The notes below the pieces were generated by a model. The model ran no database searches, was not told where the DNA came from, and worked only from the letters and a program-made list of their open reading frames with translations. A DNA stretch of 64,000 nucleotides from Octopus vulgaris (taxonomy: Eukaryota): positions 58,714,001-58,778,000 of the forward strand of contig OX597830.1 of assembly GCA_951406725.2 (NCBI GenBank), written 5' to 3'. Position 1 is the first letter of the stretch. Each line of letters begins with the position of its first letter. Positions 36,362-51,430 of this stretch are shown here, one piece after another. The translations under genes and the position numbers were made by a program.

Positions 36362-36362
<1 letters not shown>
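35812..36362. mobile_element. Non-coding interspersed repeat flanked by (ATT)n
   Basis: (ATT)n on both sides; an internal piece recurs inverted at ~48354-48394. Confidence 0.65.
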
Positions 36363-36428
<66 letters not shown>

Positions 36429-36429
36429 G

Positions 36430-36768
36430 CCTTTGCACAGTTTCTAACGCTGGAGATGTACTACCAGTGAACTAAGGTAACACCTCTTATTTTTTGACCA
36501 CCTTGCGGAGTATTCGAGCAGTTCCAAGCAATGCTGTTTTCTGCAAGTGCTCCGCCCTTATTGCAGCCCCTATTTGTTCCACCTACTTCTCGAGATTTTT
36601 GCTCACTGTTCTCAGGGCTCCGACAATTATTGGTACTACTACCACCTTTTTCATCGACCACAACTGCTTAACTTCTCAAGCTAACCTGTCATATCTATCG
36701 ACTTTTCTTTCTTCCTTATCGCATACCTTGTTGTCAGCTGGGCATGCTATATCTATGATCCAACATAG
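36430..36768 (-). mobile_element. R4/Dong-like LINE 3' end (restriction-like endonuclease region)
   Basis: Minus strand VVVVPIIVGALRTVSKNLEK.VEQIGAAIRAEHLQKTALLGTARILRKV; (TAA)n tail. Confidence 0.8.
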
Positions 36769-36840
36769 TTTATATATATATATATATAATCAGAGTCAGA
36801 AAATGGAATTCACGGGATTCTATTTTCAAATCCAATACAA

Positions 36841-37018
36841 TTCTTCTTCTTCTTCTTCTTCTTCTTCTTCTTCTTCTTCTTCTTCTTCTTCTTCTTCTTC
36901 TTCTTCTTCTTCTTCTTCTTCTTCTTCTTCTTCTTCTTCTTCTTCTTCTTCTTCTTCTTCTTCTTCTTCTTCTTCTTCTTCTTCTTCTTCTTCTTCTTCT
37001 TCTTCTTCTTCTTCTTCT
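36841..37018. repeat. (TTC)n microsatellite
   Basis: Pure trinucleotide run. Confidence 0.97.
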
Positions 37019-37087
37019 ACAAACACACACACATGATCAGAGTCAGAAAATGGAATTCACGAGATTCTATATTTAAATTCACTATAA

Positions 37088-37318
37088 GGCAGCGAGCCGG
37101 CAGAAACCTTAGCACGCCGGGCGAAATGCGTTGTCGTATTTCGTCTGCCGCTACGTTCTGAGTTCAAATTCCGCCGAGGTCGACTTTGCCTTTCATCCTT
37201 TCGGGGTCGATTAAATAAGTACCAGTTACGCACTGGGGTCGATATAATCGACTTAATCCGTTTGTCTGTCCTTGTTTGTCCTCTCTGTGTTTAGTCCCTT
37301 GTGGGTAGTAAAGAAATA
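37088..37318 (+). mobile_element. Full-length major SINE with 20-bp TSD
   Basis: tatatttaaattcactataa at 37068-37087 and 37319-37338. Confidence 0.9.
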
Positions 37319-37597
37319 TATATTTAAATTCACTATAATTCTTTCGACTCATCTTGCATCTGTACCTCGCAGGCGAGATGCTGTAAATCAATTGTCTTGC
37401 ATCACAGGTGTTGACTGCATCTCTTCAGAACACTTCTTAAGCAAGTACCTCACTCTTTCTTCTCTCCATTTCGCCGTGTTCTCTTAAGATAAATGTTTAG
37501 GCAGGCTGCTACATCCTACCAGTTTACATAGCACCCGACAAGGCTTATACTCGAATATGATTTTTAATTTTAACAATAAATTCACACGCACACACAC

Positions 37598-38989
<1,392 letters not shown>

Positions 38990-39007
38990 TATATATGTGT
39001 GTGTGCA

Positions 39008-39046
<39 letters not shown>

Positions 39047-39059
39047 GTATATATGTATT

Positions 39060-39125
<66 letters not shown>

Positions 39126-39126
<1 letters not shown>

Positions 39127-39376
39127 TATAATTAGGGTTCAGCAAAGATTTGCTTTACCACATACCGAAGTTTAGAAATAGCAGCCAGAGAACCTTAGCT
39201 ATTTCCTCTACTTTAAAAAAGAGTCCCAGACAAAAACAAAGTACTCGAAAACTTTGCTGAACCCTAATTATAAAATATTACTTAAGTTTACCGAGAAATG
39301 ATCCTTTTTCATGCCGAATTCTACTTGGTGAAATTATTGATTACTAGTTAATAATTTTACCCATTGTTATTATTGA

Positions 39377-39380
<4 letters not shown>
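39126..39380. mobile_element. Short fold-back element in (TA)n
   Basis: 22-bp perfect inverted repeat 39126-39147 / 39252-39273 plus one-sided tail; (TA)n on both sides. Confidence 0.55.
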
Positions 39381-39431
<51 letters not shown>

Positions 39432-39683
39432 TACATATATACACACGTATGTAGTGTGTGTGTGTGTGTGAATAAAAATGCAGAAATTTGTTTCAGTTCA
39501 TGTCTGTGTATCTGAAAATGTGAATCGCTGTTCGACTCGTTTCCCTTGTTCTCGTGAATTTATTTTTTGGGCCATTATTGTACGTTCTGGGTTTGATTAT
39601 GGGGTGAGTGAAAGGATATTTAAAGAGCTGCAGTCAATAAATAATAGACAACGAATCTGTGTCAGTTATGGTTAACCAACACC

Positions 39684-39757
<74 letters not shown>

Positions 39758-39875
39758 CTTTTAGAAGCGTTCTTAAGTTTAAGCTATAAATGGCAAATAA
39801 GTGACATTTAAACCACACACTCTTCACAAAACTTGAAGAACATTTTCAATACGAAATATTACCATCCCCTAAACA

Positions 39876-39954
<79 letters not shown>

Positions 39955-41221
39955 TTGTGATTATATATATATATATATAACAACGCTATTCTTCATTAAT
40001 GAGAAAATACGGTAAAGTTTATGGTAGAGCTCCAGCAAAACTCACCTTCTCATTGTCTGCTGTGAATAATCTACTTTCCTAGTGTCGGTACAAACTATGA
40101 CACGTTAACGATGTTATTTTGACATCTGAACAATCTCAGTTGTGTCTTTTGAAACTGAACCACACAGGATTATTGAAATAATCATGTGTTTGAGGATCAT
40201 TTAGAAAATTGTTAATAAATTATTACTCACTATTGTAGTTACCGAAACAAAATTTATAGTTTTATTGCACCTGTCCTATTTCGCACTCCGAGGCCAGCGG
40301 CTAAGCGTCTATGTGGTCATTTGATCTGCTAGAAATAGCAGACTACTTACTCTCCTCTAATCACAATTTTATGACTGCTATCTTTAACTGTCTTAAAAAA
40401 AGGTTTCGAAGGATAATCCTGGATTCTCTGCACATTGGAAAATGATGGAATAGTCATGGATGGAATACCTTAGATTATAGGTCCACTCGGCCATGGCTGA
40501 GCTGCGATTTAATAGTTAAAGCAAAAAGAGCAACAATAGTAATGGCGACATTTCTTTTATATCAACGTAAAATTATAATGTGCGTACGATTATTTCCATC
40601 GTAATTTTAGGGATGGTGTTTAGGTGTGTGTATGGAATGAGATGCCATTCTCTGAGGTTCTTTCGTACTTCAAAGATAAATACATAATATGGCTTATTTT
40701 GCAGCTGACCAATCGCTTGTTTTATCAGCATCCTTAATCATGCCTAATCTTTTTACTTCTAATGGCCGAATATTAGTGAGGCTATTGTTGTGATCCTCTG
40801 CTTTCTTTAATAACTTTCAGGTGATAGTCGAGTGACTTCCCTTGCTTCAGACAACTTAGTTGAGCTTTTATCATTGTTGAATAAAATCTTTTGTTTTGCA
40901 AACTTCTTATGGTGACTTCTATCAACACTTTATTCAACAAATGACAATTTAACTTCCGGTTTCAGAAACAGCAAGAACTCTCTCATCATTGAATGCATCT
41001 GCTCTTATTTTGACATCGTTATATTCGGTAACATAAAAGAACACGACAGAAATCTGAATTCACGATAGAAATCGGAATTTATTTCTGATCTAATTAAAAC
41101 CCCTGTTGGTTTCTCTGGGCAAAAACAACCCAAAATTCTTTGGATATTGCACACTAGACCACAAAATCATCTCTAATTCTGGATTACAGAAAAGCTGTTA
41201 TTTCGAAACAACATTTTTGAA

Positions 41222-41376
41222 AATATCATTGGATTATCATAGCTTAGTATTATAATATCATTGGATTATCATAGCTTAGTATTATAATATCATTGGATTA
41301 TCATAGCTTAGTATTATAATATCATTGGATTATCACAGCTTAGTATTATAATATCATTGGATTATCATAGATTAGT
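41222..41376. repeat. 32-bp tandem repeat, ~4.8 copies
   Basis: aatatcattggattatcatagcttagtattat at 41222, 41254, 41286, 41318, 41350. Confidence 0.95.
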
Positions 41377-42602
41377 AATTTTAGATTGTATCTCTTTTAC
41401 GATTTCATCATCGATCCTCATTGTTTACGAATCTAATCCTTAAACTTTATGATTTGATTACTGATGCTCTCTGAGAGTCCGTTATTGTACTTTATTCCTA
41501 CGAGGTTGTCATTCGTTTTCCATCTCTACAAGTTGACCATTGAGTCTTTCTCTATGTAACGTGGTCATTGATACTCTAACCCCCCCTCCCCACCGCCATT
41601 ACCCCCTCCAACAATAACAACAAAACTATCCTAGATTAGTTTACTAACAAACCACCAAATAGCGTTCGTAATTACTGAGGTTGCTTCGAATCGTGTTTTC
41701 TGGTAAATTACTATTGCTGTTGTTGATGTTGTTCTTGATGTTGTTGTTATTCATCGCTGAAGGTGAACGTATGCTGGGAAGTTGCGCAACTTTGTGCATT
41801 GTTTTCCCTTTTCAAATTCTGTTTCTGTAAAATTCTATTCTTCTACGTTGTTTCGCAGTTGACCAGAACCAAAAGGGAATAACCAACGGCTTTTTCCAAA
41901 CAGAGAGAAAGAAAAAAAACGTTCGAAATGGCATCGTATTTGTCGTCCAGTCAGCAAGACAGTTAGGTAGGAGAAGGTTTTGAAAGTGGAACCGTCTTTG
42001 GCAGAGACGTCGCGGTAATTAATAACAGTAGCAGCAATGTCAGAAGTAATAAAAACAAGAACAACGGCAACAACATCAAGAACAACGACAGTAGTAGAGC
42101 AGTAACATAACAATAAAAAAAAGGGCTCAAAAAATCCCCACCGCCTGCAAATCGTGCATTGACTTCGGGGTCGATAAAATAAAATAAAACTCAAGTCTAG
42201 TACTGGAATCGATGTATTTCTTTCCTTTTAAAATTATAGCCTTTGTTCTTTAAGCAGAAACCATTATTATTCCAAGATACCAGCAAAACCTAGTGTCTTG
42301 GTCTCGATGCCGTTGAAAAGTGTCTTGTGGGCCTCACTTATGACAAGGGATGTCGTGGCTATCATGTCATTAGCGATAATTTCTTCCTCTTAGAAAGGCG
42401 GAGAGCTAAGAACTTAATTGTTGAGAAAGGCGAAGATCTTGTTAAGGCACAAGATGGTCGACAATGTCAAAATCTCGGAAAAACTTCGATAAATGCAATG
42501 TGATGGAGACATGATAAACGCGTCTGAAATAACTTTGTAACCGATCTTATGAAGTAATTATATGTTTGTATAGACAAGCCAGACCGCTGTTATTTTAGCT
42601 TC

Positions 42603-42643
<41 letters not shown>

Positions 42644-42719
42644 ATTGATGCTAGATGTGGCGAAACAATTGCCGTGATTAATAATAAATTCTCGTATATT
42701 CCATCTTCCGTCTTTCATT

Positions 42720-42787
<68 letters not shown>

Positions 42788-42800
42788 GCATATATGCATA

Positions 42801-43213
42801 TACATATATATGTATACAGATATGCATTTATGGGTACAGGACGTCACAATACGTAAACAACATGAAATACGAAAATAAAGTTGGGTACGCGAACAATGAG
42901 AGAAACAAATGGAAAACAAGACAAGTAGTATAAAAAATGACCCTTCATCAGTTGTCGGCCGTCATTCTACTCCTTATTTCGAGCATTGGTCGTTTTTTAT
43001 GTCACCTGTCTCGTTTTCCATTTGTTTCTCTCGTTGTTCGCGTTCCCAACTTTATTTTCACATTTCATGTTGTTTACGTTTTGTGACGTCCTGTTCCCAT
43101 ATATGTATATCTATATACATATATATGTATTTTATATATGTATGTATATATGCATATATATTATTTATATTATCATTTGATTGAATGCCACGCATCCATT
43201 TCCAAGTAAGTTT

Positions 43214-43218
<5 letters not shown>
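42801..43218. mobile_element. Fold-back element between (TA)n and (TATC)n
   Basis: Imperfect arms ~42801-42942 / 42988-43130, 45-nt spacer, right-hand tail. Confidence 0.75.
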
Positions 43219-43310
<92 letters not shown>

Positions 43311-43467
43311 CACACATATATGTATGTGTGTGTGTGGGTGTGTATGTATATATATATTCATGTATGTATATATTACCGTCGTACAACAAATATTGCTGAA
43401 ATATTCATAGATATTTTGTTCAACACACACACACACGCACACGCACACACACACACACACACGCGGG

Positions 43468-43509
<42 letters not shown>

Positions 43510-44390
43510 CAGGAAAAAGCAGCAACATAAACGTTGTACAAATGTTGAGATTTTGAACGATTAGAAACATCAAAATAATGTTATCGCACCTCAGAAATGC
43601 GTTCCTTTCAATTGCAAGGTTTTTTTTTAATGATTGTCTTTAGGCATCGCAAGCAAAAGAGAGGCCCACGTAACGGAGCCGAAGGAGGATAGAATTACCA
43701 AATGTGCTGGAGGTAAAGCGTCTTTCCTCTGTGGTAAACAAGTGTGTTGGTTATGTTCCTTGCGTTCGCTACACTTACACACGCAAACACATTCACTCAC
43801 AAACACACACACACACACAGAGATAGACGCACAAACATGCACATACACATTCATGCGTACAGATAGACACACACACACACACAAACACACGCACACATTA
43901 TTGTCCATTTAAAATCTACTTCGGCCAGAACTAGGTCAATGGATAATGACTGTAACGTCATAGGTGCGACCAGCTGCACAGCTGTGATTTGCGGCTTAAC
44001 TCATTGCGCCCTCTACACACACTTAGTCATCTAATTGTGTGCCTGTGTTTCACTGTTTGCCAGTCAAACGGGCAGGTGCGCCGAGAAAACAGGAAAGGGA
44101 GTGACGACAGTTAAGCAAAGTCAGTTTGTTAGTGAATATACCTCGGCCCGACTACACGCTAAAGAAGTCTGCTATGATCCATGCCACTAACTTGTTTGTT
44201 TTGATTCGATGAAGTTGCCGCCCCTTCATCTAAATCCGCCAGTCGGCCCACCCTAGCTGCCTTACCGTTGTATTGGCTTGCTAACCTTGGCAGCTACTTG
44301 AACGTCCACCTTCCGACTAAACCAAGGCACCGCCCTTCCTTTACCTTGCCTAACCGAGTTCTAACTACTGTTAATATATGAGTCTATATA

Positions 44391-44590
44391 AGGCGGCGAG
44401 CTGGCAGAAACGTTAGCAAGCCGGGCGAAATGCTTTGGTCGACTTTGCCTTTCATCCTTTCGGGGTCGATAAATTAAGTACCAGTTACACACTGGAGCCG
44501 ATGTAATCGACTTAATCTGTTTGTCTGTCCTTGTTTGTCCCCTCTATGTTTAGCCCCTTGTGGGCAAAAAAAAATAAAAATAAATATATA
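44391..44590 (+). mobile_element. Major SINE, internally deleted, with probable TSD atatatgagtcta
   Basis: SINE head and core; atatatgagtcta present on both sides. Confidence 0.8.
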
Positions 44591-45349
44591 TATATATATG
44601 AGTCTACCTATTACTCTTCGTCTTTTATCTTCCAGTCATAAGAACTGAGGCCATGCTGCGGCACTGCCTTGAAGGGTTAAGGTGAACAAAATGACCCAAG
44701 TACCTGTTTTTTTAACTCAGGGATTTATGTTGATCTCTTTTGCCGAGCCGCAAAGTTATGGGGATGTGAACAAACCTACATCGGTTGTCAAACGGCAGTG
44801 GGGTAAATACAAAGACACAACACACAGAGGTGGATATAATCACATACACACATATGTGTGTGTTTTTTGTATGTATACACACACACATACACACACACAC
44901 ACATATGTATACGGCGTATTTCCACACAGTTTCCGCCCACCAAATTCATTGGCAAAGGCAGTGCTCGATCTGAGTCTATAATAAATACAAAGCACTTTCG
45001 CAAGTTGCCGCGCTGTGGTATTGAACCCAGAACCACGTGGTGGGAAAAAATGGAGCTTCTGAACCACAAAGCCATGCTAGCACCTGAAAATTGGATTTAA
45101 GTAATTAAAAAACAACAGAAGCAAGAACAATCGCAAACTAACTTTTTGACACTGAATCGTAAATATATAGGTGTGACGGTATGGTAAGAAGTTTGCAACC
45201 CGACCACATGGTGCCGGGTTCAGTCCCACTGCATCGAAACTTGGGCGTGTTCTGCTATAGTTTTTGGCCGACTAAAGCCTTGTGAGTGAATTTGGTAGAT
45301 GGAAACTGAAAGAGTCCCGTCATATATATATTTATATGATGGGCCTCTT

Positions 45350-45435
<86 letters not shown>

Positions 45436-46369
45436 TTTGACAACTGGTATTGGTTTGTTGACGTTCCTGTAACTTAGCGGTTCGGCAAAAGAACTGATAG
45501 ACCAAGTTCGGGGCTTAAAACAAGTAGAGGGGTCAATTCGTTCGACTAAAAAAAACTCTTCAAGGTGGTGCCCCAGCATGGCCGCACTCTAATGACTGAA
45601 GCAAATAAAAGGTAAAATATATTTAATTAGACCTTGCATGTCTAGATTCAATTAATTTAATTACAATTAAAATTCTGCTTAAACTTGCTCTCTTACCTCA
45701 TCATTCTATTTCGTCCCCCTCTTCTCTTTCAATCAGCTTTTCTTCGTTCTCTCTGTACTTATCCCTCTGTCTACATCTCTCTCTTTCACACACACACAGA
45801 GTAATTGACAGTGCGATGACGAATATAAAGTAACCCCGGTTTTTGCACCTAAAAAGCAATAATATACTTTTCTAGCCTCCCCACCCATTTCAGTCGAGTG
45901 TTATGCTCTCCACCCCCACCAACGTTGACCGTGTTGCTTTGCATTATACACGTGTAGATACAGCACACACACACACACACACACATGGCTGATACACTAA
46001 GAAGTTTTCTTAACAACCCTATGATTCCAGGTTCGATCCTAGTGCATGGAACCATTGAACATGTGGCTTTCTACGCAGTCTCGAGTTGACAAGTGCTATG
46101 TGAGGGAATTTGGCAGACGGAAACTGAAAGGAATCTGACATGAATGGAATTAATAATCTAAAGATTATATTGCGTAGATTATAGCTGAGGATTATAGCTG
46201 TGGATTATAGCGTAGATATTATAGCTGAAGGTAAAAGACAAAATAGATATTAGAGTTTTAGAAGGGGGGGAAACAGGAGTAGCAGTCAGGGCCAATGGAC
46301 AGTGTGAGGGGTGGGGGAGATATAGTATGGCTTGCTAGGAGGAAGGGGAGGACGAGGAGATGCACTAAG

Positions 46370-46590
46370 TATGCTAAGGGACGCTGAAAAATTCCTGGTT
46401 TTGGGTAAAAGAAAATACAGCGGGTGGTGGTCAGTTTATAATCTTCTCCAACATATTCCCCTCTCAGATTCACACCCTTACACACAGCGGTCCTTCAGTT
46501 TTCCTAAGCCCTGTAAAAGAACTGGGAAGGTTGGGCCTCCAGGCCTTCCGCGATACCCTTAAAGCCAGGAACTTTTCAGTACCCCTCGTA
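46370..46590. mobile_element. Mariner-derived MITE (half copy at ~52403-52452)
   Basis: TIRs ctgaaaaattcctggtttt / aaagccaggaacttttcagtacccctcgta. Confidence 0.75.
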
Positions 46591-46712
46591 TTAACCCCTG
46601 TTTAAGAATGCCTTTTAGTTTTATTTAAAAAGATTTCTCTCCAATAGAGAACCAATTTCTCACCTTCATTTGAATTTAAACAACTCTCTCTCTCTCCCTC
46701 TCTCTTTCTGTA

Positions 46713-46811
<99 letters not shown>

Positions 46812-47097
46812 CTCTCTCTCTCTATCTTAAGTAAGGATGCATATCTGTATTTATTAATGATTTGAATTTGTCCTATAATAGCCATTTTCTAACAGAGAAA
46901 CAATTTTCCATTGTTACAATTGGGACAACATAGACAACGTTACTCGCTGGACTTTAGAAAAATCTCGCGCTTTCTGACTGCTTTGCTTACATATTGTATT
47001 TGCAAAGCGCTTTGACTGAAAACCCAAGCCTTTTTTAGATTCAGGCATTTACTAACATAGTTAAGTGCACCAGTAGTCACCAATATTCTTTTACTTG

Positions 47098-47397
47098 GTG
47101 TAAAGATTATTTGCCAACATAACATGGCAGTCCTGGTTTAGGACGAATGTTGCTATAATTTAGCCCCAGGGGACATCGTCTCCAGCTGGTTATACGACAC
47201 GATCTGTGTCCTTGTTCGAAAATATAGGGACACAGATCGTGTCGTATAGCCAGCTGGGAACAATGTCTCCTGGGGCTACATTACAGCAACATTAGTCCTA
47301 AACTAAGAATGCCGTGTTATGTAGGCAAATAATCTTTACTCCAAAGTACTGTTGCTGAATATCTCTCGTTGTGAGATTTACAAATAGTAATTTTCTA
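47098..47397. mobile_element. Fold-back element (7706 family) with 13-bp TSD
   Basis: Arms 47100-47212 / 47227-47339; ATTCTTTTACTTG at 47085-47097 and 47398-47410. Confidence 0.82.
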
Positions 47398-47699
47398 ATT
47401 CTTTTACTTGTTTCAGTCGTTTGATTACGGCCATGCTGGAGCACCACATTGAATTTAGAAGTAGACAAAGATATAGGTTTTTCTAAGTTGTAGGTGTAGG
47501 TATTCTCTATTTTTACTGATTTTGACCAAAATGCTTGTACATAATTTCTTCCCTCCTAAACAGTATATCACTCATACAAGTCCTGCACTTGACGGATGGT
47601 TTGGATAGAATGTCCTACAAATATTCCTTGAGCTGACGTGTATGTATTTAGTGACAGGGACATTGTCTATGTTTATTCCAAGGAAGTTTTCTCCAAGTG

Positions 47700-48110
47700 A
47701 TCACTTATATAGCATGACACATCTTGTCTGACAAAAACTACCAGTACATGTACATTATACAGAAACTTCATAGAAGTTGTTTGAAGTGATTCCTCCATGA
47801 TTATTGTCCAACACAATGACTGATGAACAGACAGGTGGAAAAAAGGAGTGTGGACATCTGCCGATCAAGCTTTGATGAATAAAGCTGTACCGAATGAAGT
47901 AAGAAAGCACCTTGTGGCAGTAAGGGTTGATTATAGAAAGGTATTCGATTTGATCCCCTATAAATGACTGCTGATGTCACTGAAGTGCATATAATTACCT
48001 GCTGCTATTAAAAAGGCTCACAAAGACTGGGTCAACAATCCCCACCCTTATCACTGAAAACTGAACAACTGCCTCCGTCTTAATAAATATTTCAAAGGTA
48101 ATATTTCATG
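47700..48110 (+). mobile_element. Decayed R4/Dong-like RT fragment
   Basis: EQTGGKKGVW...DQALMNKAV..EVRK...VDYRKVFDLIP remnants with frameshifts. Confidence 0.55.
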
Positions 48111-48429
48111 GATAGAGTGATTTACATGGCATGATCCCTCCAATTACATTTGTCTCATAACACTGTGTAACGAAAGAAACCCCTTTCGTGGCCAGTAAGT
48201 GTTATTTCCTATTTGCTTCTATCAAGAAGTCACAGGAAATGACTAACCTTGCTTTTCTGACCTTGACATCAATTTTTTTTTGAAACTGACCTATTTCCCA
48301 TTACATTTCAGACAGATTCAGCTCTGAGTTGCTGAAGCAGAAATGTCTTTTTAGCAAATATTCTGCTCAATACCACAGATTTGCTTGTCAGTTGCTTCAC
48401 ACGAACCGCTTGAACTGTTTAAAAGCCAG

Positions 48430-48478
<49 letters not shown>

Positions 48479-48484
<6 letters not shown>

Positions 48485-48985
48485 GAGATAAAACCACTAT
48501 TAGGCAAATCATACAATGAAAAACTTAAGCCAATACATAAGATTATTTAATTTATATTATTTAAATATATAACAAAATTATTAAAAAAATATAATTAATA
48601 TAACACTACGATCGTTTCATGGCTGTTAATTTCTTTAAATTTTCGAGTTACAGTCATTCATCAGGTGGTTTAAATATTTAACTTGGCGAGGTTTAATCAA
48701 GTTAAATATTTAAACCACCTGATGAATGACTGTAACTCGAAAATTTAAAGAAATTAACAGCCATGAAACGATCGTAGTGTTATATTAATTATATTTTTTT
48801 AATAATTTTGTTATATATTTAAATAATATAAATTAAATAATCTTATGTATTGGCTTAAGTTTTTCATTGTATGATTTGCCTAATAGTGGTTTTATCTCTA
48901 ATTTAATATAATATAATATTTTACTATAAAATTGGATTCAATCCTAAATCTGATTTTTCCCTGTAAGTTTGGATTTATTCCCTAA
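48479..48985. mobile_element. Perfect fold-back element with hammerhead, in (TA)n
   Basis: 207-bp arms 48479-48685 / 48698-48904, 12-nt spacer, ~80-nt right tail. Confidence 0.9.
48712..48783 (+). ncRNA. Type I hammerhead motif (mirror copy 48600-48671, minus)
   Basis: cac-CTGATGA-atgactgt...acagccat-GAAAC-gatc-GTA-gtg; canonical core, palindromic stem III acgatcgt. Confidence 0.8.
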
Positions 48986-48994
48986 TATTTATTA

Positions 48995-49059
<65 letters not shown>

Positions 49060-49086
49060 TTGTATATATATATATATGTATGTATT

Positions 49087-49124
<38 letters not shown>

Positions 49125-51032
49125 GACATATATGTATGTGTGTGTGTTTGTGCCTGTGTTTCTCCCCACACCACTTGATAATCACTACTTATTTCTTTAC
49201 GGTCTTGTGACTTAGCTGTTCGACAAAAGAAACCGATAGAATAAGTATCATACTTAAAAAATATGTGGGGATCATATATAAAAAAATAAGGTAAAAAAAA
49301 AAAGATAAAGATTTCAATTATCTCTTCTCTTTCTCTATTTCGTGGTCAATTATTGGTGTGAATAGCATTTTTCAATCAAAATATCTCCTCGTTCCTTTAA
49401 TACTTTCTTTCGGACGTTCGGATTTGAGACGATGCTACATAATATTTCAGCTTGATTGAGCGGGATATTTATTCTCGTATGTTTCGGATGCCATGAATTA
49501 AAACGTTAATACTATTTAGAGTCTGTTTTTAAAATATAGTTTATATATCTAAAATGTTAATTCTTGTTGGGCTCCAAGCATATTATTGTTAATATTATTC
49601 AGAAATGTTTTAAATTCGAGAAATCTATCTAAAATTTCACATAGGATAGAATAATCATATCATAATCTTTTCCAGTTTTTCTTCAAATAATTGTATAAAT
49701 GACTTCCATATTTTTTGTGTACAGTTTTCCTAAATTTCTATCTCGGTATAATCCACTAATAAATTTGTATACATCGGAACTAACTTGGTTCCCATTGCCT
49801 ATATACTGGTTGGTCAATATATATATATATGACAAGTTGCTTTGCAGACTAAACTGAAATCCTTCAAGTCGTTTTCTGGATGGACTGGTAATTCATGTCG
49901 ACATGTATTAAATCAAAAATGTAATGTTTCTATTCTATATTTTTATAGGGGTAAACGACAACGAATGAAATTATTTAGGTTTTTTAATTCCCTGTACGTG
50001 GAATGTAGCAGAGCATAACCAAGTCGTCTCTTATCTATTTCTGTGTATATTTCAAATATGATTTCAGAAATATGTCTAAAAAGTTATTCAATCGATAGCT
50101 GTTACAAGATGGACCTGCCACTATTGGACTTTAAAGTCATTTGGGGGAAGACAATTTAAACAAATATGCTTTATAAACCATACTTCAGAATAAAATATAT
50201 CACCGAATGACATGAGCAATTCATATAGCGGATGTAAGTATTCGATCAGCAATTTCAATTAAACACCGTATTGGCCGTGTTTAGAATAAGAACTTTCATT
50301 CATACAAATTTGTTTTTTGGAATAAGATCAAGAATAGCAATAAAGCTTAGACATAGTTGAATTGCTTCGAGAAAATCACAATTCAAACCGAGCAGGAAAA
50401 TTGGCTTTAAAAAATTTATTCGAATTCATAATAGAAGTAGAACTACTAAGATGAAGAGTAGTCGCCAAAAAATTGATGAAGAAATATATATAGAATTTTT
50501 CATGAAAGCAGATGGAGCTCTTTTTGGGAAATTATTGTAAATTAAGGAAAAAAAGAATGTAAAAATGAGAGGAAGAAAAATTATTTTCCTCCAAAGATGG
50601 GAAAAATGGACATTTAGTTTCGCAGTTACAAAGAAGAATTTCGAAAACAAAATTTTTAGTAGGATCTGTTTATGAAGAAAATTGAAGAAATATTGGGACG
50701 AATAAACTTTAAAATACTGAGCGTATTCAAAGGTAAATAAAATGTTGGATTTAACAGATATCGGACTAGATGCAGATTTACAAATAACTCAAAGAGTAAA
50801 AAGAAAAGAAAAAATAACAATCATTATCAACAACAAAGCAATAAAAGACAAGGAATAATGGTAATTAGTTTTCTCAACGAAGAAAAACATAATAAGAAAA
50901 GAAACAAGTATGAAAATAATTATAGGAGATAAATTTCATAACTAATTACACTAGAGACAATTTTGAAAATGATTTCGAGAGGTGACCCAATTTTGATGAT
51001 GTCGACATTGAAGAGAGTAACTGTTATCCCAG

Positions 51033-51430
<398 letters not shown>

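Noticed and set aside
43644-43712. Possible phase 1-1 exon ([22 protein letters not shown]) of a second gene
   Set aside because: Plausible splice sites but no recognisable homology or partner exons; no second host gene can be supported in 33-64 kb
49300-51030. Possible decayed LINE remnants (also ~34020-34420, ~40700-41220)
   Set aside because: Too degraded to assign family or boundaries without a search
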